Assembly: GCA_965198225.1 (NCBI GenBank)
Contig: CBDAOY010000006.1
Coordinates: 416,001 to 480,000, forward strand
Direction of reading: 5' to 3'
Source: Terriglobia bacterium
Lineage (GTDB): Bacteria; Acidobacteriota; Terriglobia; 20CM-2-55-15
Length of the DNA stretch: 64,000 nucleotides
Shown here: piece after piece, positions 58,165 through 64,000 of the stretch
Position numbering within the stretch: position 1 is the first letter of the stretch
Layout: each line of letters begins with the position of its first letter
Made by a program: the position numbers and the translations under genes
Notes under the pieces: model-generated
What the model saw: only the letters and a program-made list of their open reading frames with translations
What the model was told of the DNA's origin: nothing
Databases searched by the model: none

Positions 58165-59109
58165 GTGAGCGGAAGGAACTTGGTTTTCACAAAGTCATTT
58201 GTCCAGAACGCGGAAGGGTTGGTGCGGAACATTGCACAGGCGGTCGTGGCCCCACCGGAAGTGATCCGTCTGAGCGTGGTGAGTCTGCTTGCAGGAGGAC
58301 ATCTGCTGCTGAACGATCTCCCGGGCTCGGGTAAGACGCTCCTGGCACGGTCTCTTGCGCGGTCGCTCGGCGGAAGCTTCAAGCGCATTCAGTTCAATCC
58401 GGACCTGTTGCCGACCGACATCACGGGGTCTTCGGTATTCAACCAGGCAGAGAATCGTTTCGAGTTCGAGGAGGGGCCGGTTTTCGCCAACGTCGTCCTG
58501 GCCGACGAAGTCAACCGCGGCAGTCCGCGGACTCAATCGGCGCTGTTGGAAGCCATGGCCGAAGGGCAGGTGACGGCGGATGGCACGAGCTATCCTTTGC
58601 CCGACCCATTCTGGGTCGTCGCCACGCAGAACGAGGTAGACGCGTACGGCACATTTCCGTTGCCCCAGGCCCAGCTCGACCGATTCATAATGTCGCTGAG
58701 CATCGGCTATGCAGACGCAGACCAGCAAGTGGAGATTCTGGAGCGCAACCAGCGCGGTGACCCTGTTGTCGGACAGCAAATCGATGGCGAAAGCATACGC
58801 GAGATGCAGGCACAGGTTCGAGAGGTGGAGGTCTCTCGTCCCGTCAGGGAATACCTCGCCAGAATCCTCGTATCTACCAGAAACCACCCCGCGATAGTCC
58901 TTGGCGTCAGTTCCCGCGGCGGCGTCCACCTTCAGCGCGCCGCGCAGGCGTTCGCCGCCATGCGAAGCGATGGGTTTGTCGCGCCGGAACACATCAAGGC
59001 TGTGGCGGGACAGGTCATGGCTCACCGCGTCATTGCCGCTCCCGGAACAGCCACTTCGCCCACGGAGGCTATCCATGAGGTGGTTGCCGGCGTCCCTGTG
59101 CCGATCTAG
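58165..59109 (+). CDS. moxR: MoxR family AAA+ ATPase
   Basis: GHLLLNDLPGSGKT, RIQFNPDLLPTDITG, LADEVNR, TQSALLEAM, ATQN, PQAQLDRF. Confidence 0.93.
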   Translation: MSGRNLVFTKSFVQNAEGLVRNIAQAVVAPPEVIRLSVVSLLAGGHLLLNDLPGSGKTLLARSLARSLGGSFKRIQFNPDLLPTDITGSSVFNQAENRFEFEEGPVFANVVLADEVNRGSPRTQSALLEAMAEGQVTADGTSYPLPDPFWVVATQNEVDAYGTFPLPQAQLDRFIMSLSIGYADADQQVEILERNQRGDPVVGQQIDGESIREMQAQVREVEVSRPVREYLARILVSTRNHPAIVLGVSSRGGVHLQRAAQAFAAMRSDGFVAPEHIKAVAGQVMAHRVIAAPGTATSPTEAIHEVVAGVPVPI

Positions 59110-59118
59110 GCGGACATC

Positions 59119-60357
59119 GTGTTGATCACCAAGCGCGGTGTTGCATTCCTAGCCGTAACCGGTACGCTTTACGGCCTGGCCTGGCTCACCCACATCGGCT
59201 GGTTCTACGTCGCCGTGTCTCCGGTACTGGCTGCCTTACTGGTGAACCTTCTGCTCCCCCCCCTCACGATTCGCGGCCTGGTCGCCGAGCGTCAGCTCAA
59301 GGGCGACAGGGATGGAAGGCATCAGCAGATATTCGAAGACGACACCGTGACTGTCGAGATTCGTTTATCGAACCGGTCTCTACTGCCAAAGATTGTCCTC
59401 ACGCTACACGACGATTGCCCCCTCGCCGCGCCCGGTGAGGAGCCGCGGGGATTCCTCATCGGCGCTCTGCGGCCCGGAGGCCGCACCGTGGCGAGCTACG
59501 AGGTCCAGTCTTATCGTCGGGGGCTTTATTCCTTCGCACCGCTCCGCGTAGAGACCGCGGCTCCTTTCGGCCTGTTTCGCTCAACGCGTAGTATCGCCGC
59601 ACCGCTGGAGGCGACGGTCTATCCCAAGGTGCTGCCCGTGGAGGCCTCCCCCTACCAGGGTGCTCTCCAGGGAGAATCAGCCGACCTACAAGTGCCGGGC
59701 CCCACTGGTGAGTTTCGAGGTTCCCGGGAGTTCCAGCATTCCGACTCTCTCCGGAATATCCACTGGAGGAACTCGGCAAGACGGGGAAGCCTTATGGTCC
59801 GGGAGTTCGACAAGACGCCTGAGGGGGAGTTGAGGATCGCCTTCAACCCTGGAGTCGATCTTGGCAAGGGTAGGGATACGACCCTGGAATATGCGATAAA
59901 GATTGCGGCCAGCATGGCCCGGCGGTCCTTCAGGGAAGGACGGCCGTTTCGTATCTGGCCGGGCTGGAGCCGGGCAAACCGGATCACGTGGCATGGCGTC
60001 CTCGAGCACCTGGCGCGGCTCCAGGCCGAGCCCGAACCAGCGGTCGCTGAACTCATTGCCTCCAAAGGCCTGCCCGGGAGCTCGGTGATCGTCGTTTCAG
60101 CCGCCGATGAAGACAGCATCAGGCAGCTTCGCCAGCTTGGATCCTCCGACTACGTCACGGTGGTGATGATGGAGGGATTTGACTCGTCGAGAGAGCACGC
60201 CGGGACGCGTGAGAGGCTGGCGAGTCGGGGCCTGAGGGTAGTGTCGTGCCGGGCCAACGGTCTTGAGAAGGCGTTGGCAGCTCTCGGCGCGGCCTTGGAA
60301 GCGCCGACTCTTCGAGCGCAACAACTGCCCGTGGCCCGGGCGTCAACAATGCGGTAG
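59119..60357 (+). CDS. DUF58 domain protein
   Basis: RRGLY, APFGLF, VYP, EFRGSREFQHSDSLRNIHWRNSARRGSLMVREF. Confidence 0.9.
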   Translation: MLITKRGVAFLAVTGTLYGLAWLTHIGWFYVAVSPVLAALLVNLLLPPLTIRGLVAERQLKGDRDGRHQQIFEDDTVTVEIRLSNRSLLPKIVLTLHDDCPLAAPGEEPRGFLIGALRPGGRTVASYEVQSYRRGLYSFAPLRVETAAPFGLFRSTRSIAAPLEATVYPKVLPVEASPYQGALQGESADLQVPGPTGEFRGSREFQHSDSLRNIHWRNSARRGSLMVREFDKTPEGELRIAFNPGVDLGKGRDTTLEYAIKIAASMARRSFREGRPFRIWPGWSRANRITWHGVLEHLARLQAEPEPAVAELIASKGLPGSSVIVVSAADEDSIRQLRQLGSSDYVTVVMMEGFDSSREHAGTRERLASRGLRVVSCRANGLEKALAALGAALEAPTLRAQQLPVARASTMR

Positions 60358-60360
60358 CGG

Positions 60361-62580
60361 ATGAACGAACCCTTGAAGTCAACCATCCTCAAATGGATCA
60401 CCGTGCCCTCCCGGGGCGACGCCTGGGAACGCAGCGGTTGGCGGGCCCGGTTCCTCCTGCACGCGCTCGCGTTCGCGGGAACGGCGGTGTCGCTGTGGGC
60501 CGTTTCGTGGGCGTCAGGCGGGCACCCGCTCTATCTTGTCTTAATAGCTGTCGTGGGCCTGGGACACCTCGTCTCCGCCAGGCGGGGCCAGCGGACGCTT
60601 CGCCTCACGATTGCTGTATACCCGGCCCTCGTGCTGGTTGTCTGGGCGATGCGGGCCGACGTCATAACCATCATCAGCGGGGGGTCCCTGTTCTTGATGG
60701 CGAGACTGCTGGCTGTGGTCCAGACGATTCTCAGCTTCAACATCCGCGACCTGCGCAGTCTCTACGATTCCTTTCTCCTCAGCTTGACGGTGATCCTGCT
60801 GGCAAGCGAAGCAGCGCTGTCTCCCTCTTTTGCTGTTTTCATAATCGCGTTTGGAGTCGTAGCACTGACCTTTTTGGCCGTGGCGCATCCCATCTGCGAA
60901 TCGACTGAAACTCGGGGATCGGGCTCGACTCGAATCGCGGGTCTTGCAGTCTCGGTTCCGGGCATCGTTCTGCTCATTCTGGTCGCTACGGTCGGCGTCT
61001 TTATCGCCGTTCCGCAGGCCTACCGAGTGCGCAATGCGGCGCCGCTGCCGAGCAGGTCGGACCTCACCATCGGCCGTCCCGTTGCGCCCGTGCCCCTCCC
61101 GCGCGGCGATGCCGTTTCGGGCAGCGGGTTCCTCCCTTCACGCGAAGGAGAAGGCGCCGGGGCCACACCCGAGGGCACAGGATCGATCGGCGAAGAGCTC
61201 TTGGATCCCGACGACTACGCCAGATTGGGGTATACCGGAGAGGGTGAGAACGACGTTGTGATGCAGGTCCGGAGTCCGCTGGCCAGCTTCTGGCGCGGCC
61301 AGATCCTGGAGGAATACGACGGACGAGGCTGGAAGACGACCGACAGCTCGGCCCAGATCGAATTGGATCGGTCAGGCACGCTGAAGTTCAAAGACGCTCC
61401 GGCGCTGGGACAAGGCACCGGGCGCTACGTACAGACCTTCTTCCCACGTGTCACACAACCCGAAGCGTTGTTCACGGGGTACAGCCCGGGCTACATTGCC
61501 GTGCTACACACGCCTGGCGATGGCATCGAGTATCTGCATGAAGCCGACAGCTACAGAGTCGTGTCGGCCGTGCCGGGTCTGGGGCCGGAGGACCTGATTC
61601 CTGACAACATCGATGGGAGCTACCTGCGAGGATATCCGGTTCCCGACGGACCGCAGCGAGTTCAAGACCTCGCCAACGCTATCATCGCTGGGGCCACGTC
61701 GGACTTCCAGAAGGCGAGTCGTCTGGAGCAGTATCTTCCCGTCAACTATGAGTACGACCTGCGCGTGCCACCCCTCTCCCCCTCCGGCGACGTCGTGGAC
61801 CAGTTTCTTTTTGAGCGGCAGGCCGGCTACTGCGCTCAGTTCGCCACTGCAATGGCGGTTATGGCGAGACTGGTCGGATTGCCGGCTCGGGTCGCCACGG
61901 GTTATGTGCCAGGCGTCTACGATAGCCTGACCGGTGCCCATACCGTGAGACTTCAGGACGCCCACGCGTGGGTCGAAATAAAGTTCATGGAGCATGGGTG
62001 GGTGGCCTTTGACCCTACTCCACGACCGGACTCACCCTGGGCTCTGGACGCGGGCTATACGCGTACCACGAGGACTCTTCAGGATGTCATGCGGGGCGCG
62101 CTCGGCGAGGGGGTGATGGGCGTACGCCTTGCGGCAGCCGACGCCGTCGCCGCACTGACGACCTTCACCGGCCTGCCGGCGGCTGCCTTCGCGCTTGTCG
62201 TGACCCTGGCAGTGGTTGCGTTGTGCATCTCGATGGCCCGGCTGGGCCTCCTCAACCGGGCACGCGCGAAAAACCGCGCGGGCTACTCCTTACTCCGCGG
62301 TGTCACGCGCGGCGAGGTGATGCGGGCTTACCATACAGCTCTGCATCTCATGGGGCGAAACGGGTATCCCCTCAGGCGGGAACACGAGAGCCCGGCCGAT
62401 TACCTCGCCATGCTCGGGTCGCAGGCTCTCCCTGTGCCACGAGCCTTCCGCCGCATCAGCAGCCTGGCCGCGCACGCCCTGTACGATCCGGCCCCACTCG
62501 ACTCCGGCCTAGCCCGTGAAGGTTGGGCCCACCTCAAGACCCTGCGGACGGTCCCCTTGGGCGCAAGGCAATCCGGGTAA
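60361..62580 (+). CDS. Transglutaminase-like membrane protein (DUF3488/TgpA type with DUF4129)
   Basis: N-terminal TM region; FWRGQILEEYDGRGW; catalytic GYCAQFA, DAHAWVE, FDPTP; C-terminal HESPADY. Confidence 0.92.
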   Translation: MNEPLKSTILKWITVPSRGDAWERSGWRARFLLHALAFAGTAVSLWAVSWASGGHPLYLVLIAVVGLGHLVSARRGQRTLRLTIAVYPALVLVVWAMRADVITIISGGSLFLMARLLAVVQTILSFNIRDLRSLYDSFLLSLTVILLASEAALSPSFAVFIIAFGVVALTFLAVAHPICESTETRGSGSTRIAGLAVSVPGIVLLILVATVGVFIAVPQAYRVRNAAPLPSRSDLTIGRPVAPVPLPRGDAVSGSGFLPSREGEGAGATPEGTGSIGEELLDPDDYARLGYTGEGENDVVMQVRSPLASFWRGQILEEYDGRGWKTTDSSAQIELDRSGTLKFKDAPALGQGTGRYVQTFFPRVTQPEALFTGYSPGYIAVLHTPGDGIEYLHEADSYRVVSAVPGLGPEDLIPDNIDGSYLRGYPVPDGPQRVQDLANAIIAGATSDFQKASRLEQYLPVNYEYDLRVPPLSPSGDVVDQFLFERQAGYCAQFATAMAVMARLVGLPARVATGYVPGVYDSLTGAHTVRLQDAHAWVEIKFMEHGWVAFDPTPRPDSPWALDAGYTRTTRTLQDVMRGALGEGVMGVRLAAADAVAALTTFTGLPAAAFALVVTLAVVALCISMARLGLLNRARAKNRAGYSLLRGVTRGEVMRAYHTALHLMGRNGYPLRREHESPADYLAMLGSQALPVPRAFRRISSLAAHALYDPAPLDSGLAREGWAHLKTLRTVPLGARQSG

Positions 62581-62716
62581 AGGTTTCGGGAATTCAAATC
62601 CTCCCCCGCAATCCGCTGGAGATTGCGGGCCGGCAACCTTTTTCCGATATCATGCTTGAGCACGGAACGTTTCTACTTGGTGCAACTTGAGGGGTGTCGA
62701 GGTTCGTCAGATCAGG

Positions 62717-64000
62717 ATGTCGTCTATCTATCAGGATTTGAGATACGCAATCCGGATGCTGCACGAACATCCGGGATTCAGCGCTACGGTCGTCCTGACG
62801 CTCGCTCTGGGCATCGGTGCCAACATCGCGATGTTCGGGGTCGTCAACGGCCTTCTCTTCTCGGCCCTGCCCTATCGCGATGCAGACCGTCTGGTGATGG
62901 TCTGGAATCGGCACACCAGCACGGGTGCGGAAAACGTCCAGATCTCGGGCCTCGACTTCCTGGATTACAAGGAGTTCACGTCTTCATTCGAAACATTCGT
63001 TGCGGTTCACGCCGCATCGGACAGATCGCTCTCCGATCAGGGGCCGGCTGAACAGATCGACGTCGGTGGCGTCTCCCCCGATTTCTTCCAATTCATCGGT
63101 CGGGAACCTTTTCTCGGACGGAGTTTCACCAGCGAAGACGAAGTGACCAGCAGCGGCACTGGTTCGGTGATCATAAGCCACGGCTTGTGGACGCGGCGCT
63201 TCGGCGCGGACCCGGCGTTGTTAGGTCGGACCATCCACATCAGCGGTCTCCCCGCAGTTGTTATCGGTGTGCTGCCGGCGGATTTCGACCTGGTCATGCC
63301 GGACCACGGGGTGGGTCCCCAGGGAGATGGCATGCCCCAGGTCATCGACGCTTGGCAACTCCTGTCCGAGGGCGTTTTCAGGTACAGCCGGACCATGGGG
63401 CTGTTCCGGGTGATCGGCCGGTTGCGTGAAGGTGTGACGATCCCAGAAGGACAAGAGGAAATGGATGGCCTGGCCGCCCGGCTGCGGGAAGAGTACCCGG
63501 TGCACGCGGACCGGGGTATGGAAATAGACCTGATTCCCATGCAAACCGACGTGGTTCGGGAGGTTCGACCCATCGTTCTCTCCCTCTTCGGTGCGGTGGG
63601 GTTCGTGCTGTTGATCGCGTGCGCCAACGTCGCCAACCTGATTCTCGTCAGGGCCGCGCACAGGCAGCGCGAAGTGGCGGTGCGGGCAGCGATGGGCGCG
63701 TCTCGCCTGCGACTCGTGCAGCAGCTAGTCACAGAGAACGCACTGCTCGCCTCGATCGGAACAGTCCTCGGGCTCCTCCTGGCGCGGGCGGGAACCGAAG
63801 CTATCAAACTGCTGGCGCCGGCAAACGTGCCCTTCCTGCATCAGATCGCCGTGGACGGTCCCGTGCTGGGGTTCGCCGTCGCTCTGGGAGGGTTCACCAT
63901 ACTGCTCTTCGGCATCGTACCAGCGCTGCGGGCTGCACATCCCGACCTCCGTGGCCAGCTCGCCGACGGCCCCGGGCCCATCGCGGGACGCACCCACCAC
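62717..64000 (+). CDS. ADOP/MacB-like ABC permease (acidobacterial duplicated orphan permease), runs off window end
   Basis: [15 protein letters not shown]...[87 protein letters not shown]. Confidence 0.92.
   Translation, partial: MSSIYQDLRYAIRMLHEHPGFSATVVLTLALGIGANIAMFGVVNGLLFSALPYRDADRLVMVWNRHTSTGAENVQISGLDFLDYKEFTSSFETFVAVHAASDRSLSDQGPAEQIDVGGVSPDFFQFIGREPFLGRSFTSEDEVTSSGTGSVIISHGLWTRRFGADPALLGRTIHISGLPAVVIGVLPADFDLVMPDHGVGPQGDGMPQVIDAWQLLSEGVFRYSRTMGLFRVIGRLREGVTIPEGQEEMDGLAARLREEYPVHADRGMEIDLIPMQTDVVREVRPIVLSLFGAVGFVLLIACANVANLILVRAAHRQREVAVRAAMGASRLRLVQQLVTENALLASIGTVLGLLLARAGTEAIKLLAPANVPFLHQIAVDGPVLGFAVALGGFTILLFGIVPALRAAHPDLRGQLADGPGPIAGRTHH

Overview
GC-rich bacterial chromosomal window. 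An Acidobacteriota origin is inferred from an acidobacterial-type TonB-dependent receptor, an ADOP-type orphan permease and a DUF1592/DUF1552/ankyrin cluster. It holds about 45 genes, mostly accessory or envelope functions, plus murB and a short-form metG. Most notable: (1) a minimal class II lanthipeptide locus with an NHLP-leader precursor (unusually long 59-aa core) and an intact CCG-type LanM but no C39 transporter; (2) a secreted multi-repeat protein ending in a magnetochrome-like PH-x5-CxxCH haem motif, paired with a TAT-exported divergent alkaline-phosphatase-superfamily protein; (3) a ~150-nt highly structured, switch-like 5' leader ahead of an ankyrin protein with an LPxRPNLxQLKRQAKELL N-terminal domain; (4) eight REPIN-like GTAG-family doublets with compensatory stem variants, plus two other small repeat families; (5) several mobility scars: a tRNA-Leu 3'-half att remnant, inverted repeats around a DGC+metG segment, and tRNA-like direct repeats around a MoxR/DUF58/transglutaminase module; (6) a Rieske protein divergent from a SufR-like regulator with twin 24-bp operators. 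Several gene remnants and single-base frameshifts are present, and some may be sequencing errors. All family calls come from motif recognition by eye; no database search was run.
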